Source: Tubiluchus corallicola (Eukaryota > Animalia > Priapulida). From it: 24,023 nt of DNA. Below, piece after piece: positions 1 through 13,181 of the stretch. The DNA lies in NCBI GenBank assembly GCA_030141605.1, contig JAQGDQ010001825.1, positions 1 to 24,023 of the forward strand, written 5' to 3'. Position 1 is the first letter of the stretch. The number at the start of each line of letters is the position of its first letter. The notes beneath the pieces were generated by a model, which saw only the letters and a program-made list of their open reading frames with translations, ran no database searches and had not been told where the DNA came from. The position numbers were made by a program, and so were the translations under genes.

Positions 1-46
1 TGTAACTTTAATTCAGTAAAAGCTGCTGCTGCTGGCAACACGTTAG

Positions 47-199
<153 letters not shown>

Positions 200-522
200 C
201 ATGAATTACTGAACAGCATTACGGTTTCACTAAACACCACACCACCAGCTCTGAAATCAATCGATATTGCCTGTAATCGATACACGGACACACGCTGTGC
301 GTTTCAAACTGGGAACAATTAACCCCGGCATATGCCTGGAAAATCATTTAAACCGGTTTTTTTTAAAGTGAATTGACAATTCGACTCCCCGCGGTGTGTA
401 CGTGTGAGTTCGACACGCGCCTTTAAATCGCTTGTTTAACAATTTTAAATTTACTCGCCCGCCTTTCGACACGGTGACAATGGAAGTGAGTAAATAGGGT
501 CGCGTGTAGTCTAGTTATTCAG

Positions 523-1721
523 TAAGTGTATGAAAACAGGGCGCTTATTAGCGTGTAGATAGTATACAAACCTTAACCTAGGCCCTACAGGGCTTAATTT
601 AAAGGATTTGTTTCAATTTTCTCCACCAGGCGTCGCTGGAAACATATGTATATGAAAACTGTAGCTGGGTATTTTAAGTGTATGAAAACGGGACGCTTAT
701 TAACGTGTAGATAGTATACAAACCTTAACCTAGGCCCTACAGGGCTTAATTTAAAGGATTCGTTTCAATTTTCTCCACCAGGCGTCGCTGCAAACATTTG
801 TATATGAAAATTGTAGTTGGGTATTTTAAGTGTATGAAAACAGGGCGCTTATTAACGTGTAGATAGTATACAAACCTTAACCTAGGCCCTACAGGGCTTA
901 ATTTAAAGGATTCGTTTCAATTTTCTCCACCAGGCGTCGCTGGAAACATATGTATATGAAAACTGTAGCTGGGTATTTTAAGTGTATGAAAACGGGACGC
1001 TTATTAACGTGTAGATAGTATACAAACCTTAACCTAGGCCCTACAGGGCTTAATTTAAAGGATTCGTTTCAATTTTCTCCACCAGGCGTCGCTTGAAACA
1101 TTTGTATATGAAAATTGTAGTTGGGTATTTTAAGTGTATGAAAACAGGACGCTTATTAACGTGTAGATAGTGTACAAACCTTAACCTAGGCCCTACAGGG
1201 CTTAATTTTAAGGATTTGTTTCAATTTTCTCCACCAGGCGTCACTGGAAACATTTGTATATGAAAATTGTAGTTGGGTATTTTAAGTGTATGAAAACAAG
1301 ACGTTTATTAACGTGTAGATAGTTGACAAACCTAACCTAGTCCCCACAGGGCTTAATTTCAAGGATTTCTTTCAATTTTCTCCACCAGGCGTCGCTGGAA
1401 ACATATGTATATGAAAATTGTAGTTGGGTATTTTAAGTGTATGAAAACAGGAAGCTTATTAACATGTAGATAGTTTACAAACCTAACCTAGTCCCTACAG
1501 GGCTTAATTTAAAGGATTCGTTTCAATTTTCTCCACCAGGCGTCGCTGCAAACATTTGTATATGAAAATTGTAGTTGGGTTTTTTAAGTGTATGAAAACA
1601 GGAAGCTTATTAACGTGTAGATAGTTGACAAACCTTAATCTAGGCCCTACAGGGCTTAATTTTAAGGATTTGTTTCAATTTTCTCCGCCAGGCGTCGCTG
1701 GAAACATTTGTATACGAAAAT
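523..1721 (+). repeat. 151-152-bp tandem repeat, ~8 copies (left arm)
   Basis: taagtgtatgaaaac recurs at 523, 675, 827, 979, 1131, 1283, 1434, 1585. Confidence 0.95.
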
Positions 1722-1753
1722 CAATCTCACAGCTTTCTCACTCCAAATCAAAG

Positions 1754-2276
1754 CTAACCTAACCTAACCTAACCAAACCCAACCTATCCTAATCTAACCA
1801 AACTAAACTAAACCAAACCAAACCAAACCCATCATAACCAAACCAAACCTAATCTAACCAAACTAAACTAAACCTATCCTAACCAAACCTATCCTAACCA
1901 AACCAAACCAAACCCATCCTAACTAAACTAAACTAAACCAAACCAAACCAAACCAAACCAAACCAAACCAAACCAAACCCATCCTAACCAAACCAAACCA
2001 AACCCATCCTAACCAAACCAAACCAAATCAAACAAAACCAAACCCATCCTAACCAAACCAAACCAAACCCATCCTAACCAAACCAAACCAAACCCATCCT
2101 AACCAAACCAAACCCAACCCATCCTAACTAAACTAAACCAAACCAAACCAAATCCATCCTAACCAAACCAAACCAAACCCATCCTAACCAAACCAAACCT
2201 ATCCTAACCCAACATAACCTACCCTATCCTAACCGAAGCTAACTAAACCTAACCTAACCTGGCCTAACCCACCCTA
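1754..2276 (+). repeat. Degenerate pentamer array (CCTAA/CCAAA/ACTAA)n, telomere-like (left arm)
   Basis: Runs such as ctaacctaacctaacc and aaccaaaccaaacc with recurring cccatcctaa. Confidence 0.93.
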
Positions 2277-3171
2277 GCATCAAATAATTCATCCCAAGGG
2301 ACATAAAATAATACAGAACAACCTAAAAAATGGTAGCAGCTAAACTCTTTCAACTAAAATTCCATAAATTCCATGAATTCTTGCCGATTGAAAATTTAAA
2401 AATGATTTTACAAACGTATTAATAAATAAACTACTAATACAAAGTTATGAATAATGAAATTATATAAGATAAATTATACTGAAAAATTCTGGGCCACTTT
2501 AAAATAAATTAAAAACCTAGTAATTAAAAAATCTAATCTAAATTGTTAATTCTTTACCACAAAGCCAGTTTTGCTCATTAAACTGGCACAGTAAAATTTA
2601 TTTTAAATTAATTTTCAATAAAATTAAATAGAGTAACAGCCAAACATTTTAAAATTTAATTCGTGCTGCCAAAAAAATTGGTTAAATTACTGAATTAAAA
2701 CAACGTGCAACGAACAACTGAATTCTAAAAATAAATAAAATAAATTTTTAAATTTGGCATTTTTAAATATTTTTTTTCAATTCAAGTACATATTTTAAAA
2801 ATCGACAATTACCGTAAGTAAACAATAGATAGACGTAATTGCAAAAATATTTACCTAATCAATATAAAAATATTAAAATAAACTTCATATTTGAAAATTT
2901 ATAAACATTTTTAAGCTTTTAAAAATACTTAAAAATTTGAAATTTAATGTATCATTTATCATTAAGCCACGCCCAAACAGCCAACTAACAACATTAACAT
3001 TAAAACTTATTCCCGCTTGTGTATTATTAATTAAAATTATTCAATTTAAACGAATTTTGCTAAAACATATTACAGAGAAGCCATACTTTGAAAGAAGCAG
3101 AACTTTCTATTTAAAATGTTTCATTTAGACAAAACGTCGTACTATAGATACTGTAACCATGTCACCTATGA

Positions 3172-3511
3172 CGTTATTTTGATTATTATTTCTACAATTT
3201 TAAAATGCATTTAAAAAATTAATTTTTGAAATTTAAATTTTATTCTTATTCTAAACATTTGTACGAAATCGAATGATGCAATCATAGCACCTTTACGGCG
3301 TTATTTTGATTACTATTTTTATAATTTTACAATGCATTTAAAAAATCAGTTTTTGAAATTTAAATTTTATCCTTATTCTAAACATTTGTACGAAATCGAA
3401 CGATTGTGATCAAAGCAGTTCTACGATGTTATTGTCATTACTATTTTTATTATTTTAAAATGCATTTAAAAAATGAATTTTGGAAATTAAATTTTATTCT
3501 TATTCTAAACG
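3172..3511 (+). repeat. ~127-bp AT-rich tandem repeat, ~3 copies (left arm)
   Basis: gttatt(tt)gatta.ta recurs at ~3173, 3300, 3428; ttattctaaacatttgtacgaaatcgaa also repeats. Confidence 0.85.
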
Positions 3512-3865
3512 ATTTTGATTGCAGTTTTTAAAAAAAATAAATTTTACAAATTCAATGTTATAATTTTACAGATTTAACACGTTTGTATGAAATCGTACGA
3601 GTGAATGAATGAATCGATGACCAAACAGCATGTATGACAAGTAATGTTCTTTTTTCTAAATTAATCAAATGTGTAATTAATGTTTAATGTTTAATTAACT
3701 GAAACTTGCAGGACGTGTAAAGGGTTTACAGTAACGGAACTGATTAGCTCGAGCTAAAATGGCGGAAGAGAAGGCTTGCTCAATGAAGTAACTCATTTTC
3801 AAACAGTGGCTCTACTCAGAATGTATAACTGGTTTCACACATTGATTTCCTGTGAACTCCTGCTG

Positions 3866-4586
3866 CCCCCAGACTCGGACAAGGCGTCTCTGCAAGGTTT
3901 AGCTTGCACACAGGCTGCGTCGTAAAATATACAGTAATTCTAACTGGTCAAAATTATCCAGACGAGGGCAAGAGTACCCCCAGACTCGGACAAGGCGTCT
4001 CTGCAAGGTTTAGCCAGCACACAGGCTGCATCGTAAAATATACAGTAATTCTAACTGGTCAAAATTATCCAGACGAGGGTAAGAGTACCCCCCAGACTCG
4101 GACAAGGCGTCTCTGCAAGGTTTAGCCAGCACACAGGCTGCATCGTAAAATATACAGTAATTCTAACTGGTCAAAATTATCCAGACGAGGGTAAGAGTAC
4201 CCCCCAGACTCGGACAAGGCGTCTCTGCCAGGTTTAGCTAGCACACAGGCTGCGTGGTAAAATATACAGTAATTCTAACTGGTCAAAATTATCCAGACGA
4301 GGGTAAGAGTACCCCCCAGACTCGGACAAGGCGTCTCTGCAAGGTTTAGCCAGCACACAGGCTGCGTGGTAAAATATACAGTAATTCTAACTGGTCAAAA
4401 TTATCCAGACGAGGGTAAGAGTACCCCCAGACTCGGACAAGGCGTCTTTGCAAGGTTTAGCTAGCACACAGGCTGCATTGTAAAATATACAGTAATTCTA
4501 ACTGGTCAAAATTATCCAGACGAGGGTAAGAGTACCCCCAGACTCGGACAAGGCGTCTCTGCAAGGTTTAGCTAGCACACAGGCTG
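3866..4586 (+). repeat. 111-112-bp tandem repeat, ~6.5 copies (left arm inner end)
   Basis: agactcggacaaggcgtc recurs at ~3871, 3982, 4094, 4206, 4318, 4429, 4540. Confidence 0.95.
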
Positions 4587-5165
4587 TTATAAATTAAATT
4601 AAAATACATTAAAGAGAGTCTCTTTTACAGTTTTCAAATGCTGTTATAAATTAAATTAAAATACATCAAAGAGAGTCTCTTTTACAGTTTTTAAATGCTG
4701 TTATAAATTAAATTAAAATACATTAAAGAGAGTCTCTTTTACAGTTTTCAAATGCTGTTATAAATTAAATTAAAATACATCAAAGAGAGTCTCTTTTACA
4801 GTTTTTAAATGCTGTTATAAATTAAATTAAAATACATTAAAGAGAGTCTCTTTTACAGTTTTCAAATGCTGTTATAAATTAAATTAAAATACATTAAAGA
4901 GAGTCTCTTTTACAGTTTTTAAATGCTGTTATAAATTAAATTAAAATACATTAAAGAGAGTCTCTTTTACAGTTTTCAAATGCTGTTATAAATTAAATTA
5001 AAATACATCAAAGAGAGTCTCTTTTACAGTTTTCAAATGCTGTTATAAATTAAATTAAAATACATTAAAGAGAGTCTCTTTTACAGTTTTCAAATGCTGT
5101 TATAAATTAAATTAAATTACATTACATCAAAAAAGGTCTCTTTTACAGTTTTCAAATGCTGTTAT
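4583..5165. repeat. 57-bp AT-rich tandem repeat, ~10 copies; non-inverted central spacer of the palindrome
   Basis: gctgttataaattaaattaaaatacattaaagagagtctcttttacagttttcaaat at 4583, 4640, 4697, 4754, 4811, 4868, 4925, 4982, 5039, 5096. Confidence 0.95.
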
Positions 5166-5167
5166 GT

Positions 5168-6511
5168 GGGGTACTCTTGCCCTCGTCTGGATAATTTTGA
5201 CCAGTTAGAATTACTGTACATTTTACCACGCAGCCTGTGTGCTGGCTAAACCTGGCAGAGACGCCTTGTCCGAGTCTGGGGGGTACTCTTACCCTCGTCT
5301 GGATAATTTTGACCAGTTAGAATTACTGTATATTTTACCACGCAGCCTGTGTGCTGGCTAAACCTTGCAGAGACGCCTTGTCCGAGTCTGGGGGGTACTC
5401 TTACCCTCGTCTGGATAATTTTGACTAGTTAGAATTACTGTACATTTTATCACGCAGCCTGTGTGCTGGCTAAACCTTGCAGAGACGCCTTGTCCGAGTC
5501 TGGGGGGTACTCTTGCCCTCGTCTGGATAATTTTGACCAGTTAGAATTACTGTATATTTTACGACGCAGCCTGTGTGCAAGCTAAACCTTGCAGAGACGC
5601 CTTGTCCGAGTCTGGGGGTACTCTTACCCTCGTCTGGATAATTTTGACCAGTTAGAATTACTGTATATTTTACAATGCAGCCTGTGTGCTAGCTAAACCT
5701 TGCAAAGACGCCTTGTCCGAGTCTGGGGGGTACTCTTACCCTCGTCTGGATAATTTTGACCAGTTAGAATTACTGTATATTTTACGACACAGCCTGTGTG
5801 CTAGCTAAACCTTGCAGAGACGCCTTGTCCGAGTCTGGGGGTACTCTTACCCTCGTCTGGATAATTTTGACCAGTTAGAATTGCTGTATATTTTACGATG
5901 CAGCCTGTGTGCTAGCTAAACCTTGCAGAGACGCCTTGTCCGAGTCTGGGGGTCCTCTTACCCTCGTCTGGATAATTTTGACCAGTTAGAATTACTGTAT
6001 ATTTTACGATGCAGCCTGTGTGCTGGTTAAACCTTGCAGAGACGCCTTGTCCGAGTCTGGGGGGTACTCTTACCCTCGTCTGGATAATTTTGACCAGTTA
6101 GAATTACTGTACATTTTACCACGCAGCCTGTGTGCTGGCTAAACCTTGCAAAGACGCCTTGTCCGAGTCTGTGGGGTACTCTTACCCTCGTCTGGATAAT
6201 TTTGACCAGTTAGAATTACTGTATATTTTACCACGCAGCCTGTGTGCTAGCTAAACCTTGCAAAGACGCCTTGTCCGAGTCTGTGGGGTACTCTTACCCT
6301 CGTCTGGATAATTTTGACCAGTTAGAATTACTGTATATTTTACCACGCAGCCTGTGTGCTAGCTAAACCTTGCAAAGACGCCTTGTCCGAGTCTGGGGGG
6401 TACTCTTACCCTCGTCTGGATAATTTTGACCAGTTAGAATTACTGTATATTTTACGATGCAGCCTGTGTGCTGGCTAAACCTTGCAGAGACGCCTTGTCC
6501 GAGTCTAGGGG
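5168..6511 (-). repeat. 111-112-bp tandem repeat, ~12 copies (right arm; reverse complement of 3866-4586)
   Basis: gacgccttgtccgagtct counted 12 times. Confidence 0.95.
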
Positions 6512-6864
6512 CAGCAGGAGTTCACAGGAAATCAATGTGTGAAACCAGTTATACATTCTGAGTAGAGCCACTGTTTGAAAATGAGTTACTTCATTGAGCA
6601 AGCCTTCTCTTCCGCCATTTTAGCTCGAGCTAATCAGTTCCGTTACTGTAAACCCTTTACACGTCCTGCAAGTTTCAGTTAATTAAACATTAAACATTAA
6701 TTACACATTTGATTAATTTAGAAAAAAGAACATTACTTGTCATACATGCTGATTGGTCATCGATTCATTCATTCACTCGTACGATTTCATACAAACGTGT
6801 TAAATCTGTAAAATTATAATTTTGAATTTGTAAAATTTATGCTTTTAAAAACTGCAATCAAAAT

Positions 6865-7331
6865 CGTTTAGAATAAGAATAAAATTTAAATTTCAAAAAT
6901 TCATTTTTAAATTAATTTTAAAATAATAAAAATAGTAATGACAATAACATCGTAGAACTGCTGTGATCACAATCGTTCGATTTCGTACAAATATTTAGAA
7001 TAAAAATAAAATTTAAATTTCAAAAACTGATTTTTTAAATGCATTTTAAAATTATAAAAATAGTAATCAAAATAACGCCGTAAAAGTGCTATGATTGCAT
7101 CATTCGATTTCGTACAAATGTTTAGAATAAGAATAAAATTTAAATTTCAAAAACTGATTTTTTAAATGCATTTTAAAATTATAAAAATAGTAATCAAAAT
7201 AACGCCGTAAAGGTGCTATGATTGCATCATTCGATTTCGTACAAATGTTTAGAATAAGAATAAAATTTAAATTTCAAAAATTAATGTTTTAAATACATTT
7301 TAAAATTGTAGAAATAATAATCAAAATAACG
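6865..7331 (-). repeat. ~127-bp tandem repeat, ~4 copies (right arm)
   Basis: Reverse complement of 3172-3511 with one extra unit (aatagtaatcaaaataacgccg occurs twice, at ~7059 and ~7186). Confidence 0.85.
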
Positions 7332-8226
7332 TCATAGGTGACATGGTTACAGTATCTATAGTACGACGTTTTGTCTAAATGAAACATTTTAAATAGAAAG
7401 TTCTGCTTCTTTCAAAGTATGGCTTCTCTGTAATATGTTTTAGCAAAATTCGTTTAAATTGAATAATTTTAATTAATAATACACAAGCGGGAATAAGTTT
7501 TAATGTTAATGTTGTTAGTTGGCTGTTTGGGCGTGGCTTAATGATAAATGATACATTAAATTTCAAATATTTAAATAATTTTAAAAGCTTAAAAATGTTT
7601 ATAAATTTTCAAATATGAAGTTTTTTTTTAATATTTTTATATTGATTAGGTAAATATTTTTGCAATTACGTCTATCTATTGTTTACTTACGGTAATTGTC
7701 GATTTTTAAAATATGCACTTGAATTGAAAAAAAATATTTAAAAATGCTAAATTTAAAAATTTATTTTATTTATTTTTAGAATTCAGTTGTTCGTTGCACG
7801 TTGTTTTAATTCAGTAATTTAACCAATTTTTTTGGCAGCACGAATTAAATTTTAAAATGTTTGGCTGTTACTCTATTTAATTTTATTGAAAATTAATTTA
7901 AAATAAATTTTACTGTGCCAGTTTAATGAGCAAAACTGGCTTTGTGGTAAAGAATTAACAATTTAGATTAGATTTTTTAATTACTAGGTTTTTAATTTAT
8001 TTTAAAGTGGCCCAGAATTTTTCAGTATAATTTATCTTATATAATTTCATTATTCATAACTTTGTATTAGTAGTTTATTTATTAATACGTTTGTAAAATC
8101 ATTTTTAAATTTTCAATCGGCAAGAATTCATGGAATTTATGGAATTTTAGTTGAAAGAGTTTAGCTGCTACCATTTTTAGGTTGTTCTGTATTATTTTAT
8201 GTCCCTTGGGATGAATTATTTGATGC

Positions 8227-8700
8227 TAGGGTGGGTTAGGCCAGGTTAGGTTAGGTTTAGTTAGCTTCGGTTAGGATAGGGTAGGTTATGTTGGGTTAGG
8301 ATAGGTTTGGTTTGGTTAGGATGGGTTTGGTTTGGTTTGGTTAGGATGGATTTGGTTTGGTTTGGTTTAGTTTAGTTAGGATTGGTTGGGTTTGGTTTGG
8401 TTAAGATGGGTTTGGTTTGGATGGGTTTGGTTTGGTTTGGTTTGGTTTGGTTTGGTTTGGTTTGGTTTGGTTAGGATGGATTTGGTTTGGTTTGGTTTAG
8501 TTTAGTTTAGTTAGGATGGGTTTGGTTTGGTTTGGTTAGGATAGGTTTGGTTAGGATAGGTTTAGTTTAGTTTGGTTAGATTAGGTTTGGTTTGGTTATG
8601 ATGGGTTTGGTTTGGTTTGGTTTAGTTTAGTTTGGTTAGATTAGGATAGGTTGGGTTTGGTTAGGTTAGGTTAGGTTAGCTTTGATTTGGTTTGGTTTGG
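8227..8700 (-). repeat. Degenerate (TTAGG/TTTGG)n pentamer array (right arm)
   Basis: Mirror of 1754-2276. Confidence 0.93.
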
Positions 8701-8721
8701 AGTGAGAAAGCTGTGAGATTG

Positions 8722-9313
8722 ATTTTCGTATACAAATGTTTCCAGCGACGCCTGGCGGAGAAAATTGAAACAAATCCTTAAAATTAAGCCCTGTAGGGCC
8801 TAGATTAAGGTTTGTCAACTATCTACACGTTAATAAGCTTCCTGTTTTCATACACTTAAAATACCCAACTACAATTTTCATATACAAATGTTTGCAGCGA
8901 CGCCTGGTGGAGAAAATTGAAACGAATCCTTTAAATTAAGCCCTGTAGGGCCTAGATTAAGGTTTGTAAACTATCTACATGTTAATAAGCTTCCTGTTTT
9001 CATACACTTAAAATACCCAACTACAATTTTCATATACAAATGTTTCCAGCGACGCCTGGTGGAGAATATTGAAAGAAATCCTTGAAATTAAGCCCTGTGG
9101 GGACTAGGTTAGGTTTGTCAACTATCTACACGTTAATAAACGTCTTGTTTTCATACACTTAAAATACCCAGCTACAGTTTTCATATACAAATGTTTCCAG
9201 CGACGCCTGGTGGAGAAAATTGAAACAAATCCTTTAAATTAAGCCCTGTAGGGCCTAGGTTAAGGTTTGTATACTATCTACACGTTAATAAGCGCCCTGT
9301 TTTCATACACTTA
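8722..9313 (-). repeat. 152-bp tandem repeat, ~4 copies (right arm)
   Basis: ttttcatacactta recurs 4 times; reverse complement of the 523-1721 unit. Confidence 0.95.
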
Positions 9314-9633
9314 CTGAATAACTAGACTACACGCGACCCTATTTACTCACTTCCATTGTCACCGTGTCGAAAGGCGGGCGAGTAAATTTAAAATTGTTAA
9401 ACAAGCGATTTAAAGGCGCGTGTCGAACTCACACGTACACACCGCGGGGAGTCGAATTGTCAATTCACTTTAAAAAAAACCGGTTTAAATGATTTTCCAG
9501 GCATATGCCGGGGTTAATTGTTCCCAGTTTGAAACGCACAGCGTGTGTCCGTGTATCGATTACAGGCAATATCGATTGATTTCAGAGCTGGTGGTGTGGT
9601 GTTTAGTGAAACCGTAATGCTGTTCAGTAATTC

Positions 9634-10188
<555 letters not shown>

Positions 10189-10512
10189 ATTTAACTCCTG
10201 AAGCATATTCTGTTTTTTTACAAATTAACCATAAGAATACTATTTGTGCTGCTGTCAGGCAGCGTTGGACCTGTTTAGTAACTGCATGGAGACCAACAGA
10301 AAAATTGCTACTTCGCCGTTTCATATTACCTCTAGCTGTATTTCTTGTAGAATGAGAACACATAGGTGTCCGAAGTACGGCTAATGTATTTCCTGTGTCA
10401 CAAGAACTTCTCATTGAACTAGGTTTCGGTCTAGCCACAAGGCCAGCAGCATAGGCTGTGTTTTCTTGTTGTTGGGTGCTGGATAGAACACTGTAGTATG
10501 TCGAACTGCATA

Positions 10513-10977
10513 AAAAAAATTGGCCAAGCATGGCGACGAACAATCACAAACCTGCAGGCCTCGCGCTAGAACAAACATCTGGACCATTCCTTGAACACCC
10601 TTTATTGTGGGACAAGGGGTCTTATTGTAACATTAACAAATATTTTTCGTAACTCATAATCAAATTTTAAAAAATTGGCCAAGCATGGCGACGAACAATC
10701 ACAAATCTGCAGGCCTCGCGCTCGGACAAACATCTGGACCATTCCTTGAACACCCTTTATTGTGGGACAAGGGGTCTTATTATAACATTAACGAATATTT
10801 TTCGTAACTCATAATCAAATTTTAAAAAATTGGCCAAGCATGGCGACGAACAATCACAAATCTGCAGGCCTCGCGCTCGGACAAACATCTGGACCATTCC
10901 TTGAACACCCTTTATTGTGGGACAAGGGGTCTTATTGTAACATTAACAAATATTTTTCCTAACTCATAATGAAATTT
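10513..10977. repeat. 155-bp tandem repeat, 3 near-identical copies
   Basis: tggccaagcatggcgacgaacaatcac at 10521, 10676, 10831. Confidence 0.95.
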
Positions 10978-11037
10978 ACCCCCATCCATTAAAATCGATG
11001 GCTTAATTATTGATTTTTCTTTCTCTTTCAGGGTCGC

Positions 11038-11197
11038 ATGATCTCAGCACAGGACCAGGCAGGAGCTCTACCTGGTGGTCACCTATCCGGCATGATTCCA
11101 GATCAGCTGTTGGTTGCTATGCAGTCGATGAATAATAATTTAATGAACGGGGGACTAAACAATGGCAATGAGTTGATTAAACGTGAGAATATACAAA
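11038..11197 (+). CDS. Coding exon 1 (in window) of a Q/S/T-rich protein, candidate POU class 6 (POU6F1/F2-like) transcription factor; MISAQDQAGALPGGHLSGMIPDQLLVAMQSMNNNLMNGGLNNGNELIKRENIQ
   Basis: Strong acceptor tttttctttctctttcag|G (exon starts 11032), ATG at 11038, open frame, donor A|gtacgt at 11198 (phase 1). An alternative phase-1 donor C|gtgaga lies at 11183. The in-frame GGT CGC before the ATG means coding could begin in an upstream exon. Confidence 0.7.
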
Positions 11198-11212
11198 GTA
11201 CGTGAAATTTAA

Positions 11213-12224
11213 AGGAAAAGATCACGATTTTTCGCATACTACTCCATTTTGAAGTACGGTAAAAAGTATACATTTTAGCACAATTAATAATCGAAGAGCT
11301 TATCTGATAATTAAATATTTGATTAAGATCTTAAAGTAACGGCAGGCGAACTCAGCTATTGATGACATCACAAACTAACAAAATTTTCAACTGTAAAAAT
11401 ATTTCACGAGCGTGTTGCATGTGTTTGTGAAAGCGAAAATTGAAGTACAGTGCTACTGTAAGATATTCAGTGTGTTTTACTAAAACTAGGCAAGTTTTAA
11501 GATAAAAATTCAAATTTCAAATTTACTGCTGTGTCGAACATGTGTAGTTCGTCACAAACCAACACATCTAAACTAAGAGGTACAGCACCTGTTTTTGCTC
11601 AATGTGTTTCCGAAATGCAGACGATAGTGCCCGTCTAACTAGCGAATAGTGAAATGCATGTAACATGGAAGAACTAGTGGCGTGAACGTGAAAATGTGTT
11701 TGTGTGGTAATAATTCTTTCACTTAAGTCATTCTTGAAAAAATAGCATGTTTCCTTTCAATATTTTAAAGAGTAGATTGTTTTGAGCTGCAGTTTAAGCT
11801 TGAGTCCGGTTATACTTTAACAATGCAGCAAAATTACAATAATTGTAATTGTGTAACCTCAGAAACTAACCACAGTTTGTGCAATGGCAGGCATCTTCCC
11901 TTGCGCATCAAGCACATTTGCATAAGTGTTACAGCACTGCTTAAATGCATGATGTCAGGAAATTGGGCTCTACGTCATATGACGTCAGAAACTAATACTG
12001 CAGTTCATGATCACGGTACCGCCTTCTATTTGTCGGCCACGCGCACGTGACAAAAACGCACCGCTGCCAATCTTAGTAGATTCACTTTGAAAGTTTAACG
12101 AAATTTGAGTATCCGAGGTAATTATTATTTAATCTAAGCTTTGATCTAAAAAAAAGCTGTAGTTTTCAATATTTTAGAACATTCTTTATTCTGAACTCGT
12201 GTTTACACAATCATCCGGTTTTCC
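11213..12224. mobile_element. Putative non-autonomous DNA transposon, Kolobok-like (TTAA|AGG...CC|TTAA)
   Basis: ttaa-aggaaaag at 11209 and ggttttcc-ttaa at 12217-12228 form imperfect short TIRs with TTAA flanks. Internal segments are repeated elsewhere in the window (11476-11678 ~ 20794-20948; 11860-12228 ~ 13182-13531). Confidence 0.4.
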
Positions 12225-12334
12225 TTAAATTTTGATTTTATTTTGTCATATAATTCGGCTCGGATTATGACCTTTTGCCCCCCCCCCTAGACTCATGTAA
12301 TTATGGGGCACGAGCAGACGGAGCCATACCCTAG

Positions 12335-12654
<320 letters not shown>

Positions 12655-13181
12655 CCTTTTGCTTAATTCTTTTTATATGTATGAGTATTGCTGATTATAT
12701 TTAATAATAGAAGTGAGTGAAAAAAATCAAAACAAGTGTAAATTATGATTTCAATGACTGTATGTGTATAAAGGACACACGTGGCGTCTTTGCTTAAAGT
12801 TTAATATGCTATGCCATTGCCATCTGTTGGCAGAAATCGCAATGATTTTATTTCGATCTTTGCAGACTAGCAATTAGCTGCCATCTGTTGGCAGAGACAG
12901 CAACGACTTTTTTGTTATGAATTTATGATGGAAGAAAAATATTACATTTGTTGACTATCAGTCACTCTTCATGAAATTAAATTTAATTTAATTTAATTAA
13001 ATTTTAAATTACGTTAAATGTTAGTAGGTTTTTTCCACTAGCCTGGCTTGTGCAGTAATGTGTTAAATAATGCGTGCTGTCAATAAGATAAAAAATGTGT
13101 TTTTTGGTGAATCAGTGATGCACACTGGGAAGGTGAGCCAGTGACGTTTTAGCGAGAACATTTCAAATTACTGAGCATTTT

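Noticed and set aside
2937-3128. 63-aa ORF duplicated at 7375-7566(-)
   Set aside because: Short, AT-rich, TTG start, no recognisable domain; identity simply reflects the inverted repeat.
2280-3170. Possible mitochondrial insertion or rRNA fragment (very AT-rich, small hairpin gccagttt...aaactggc)
   Set aside because: No recognisable rRNA, tRNA or mitochondrial protein motifs.
3866-6511. CRISPR-like appearance of regular repeats (also 18512-19418 and 21804-23436)
   Set aside because: Units are contiguous with no unique spacers, there are no cas genes, and the context is eukaryotic.
10187-10543. 118-aa minus-strand ORF
   Set aside because: No recognisable homology or splice context; it starts within the 155-bp repeat.
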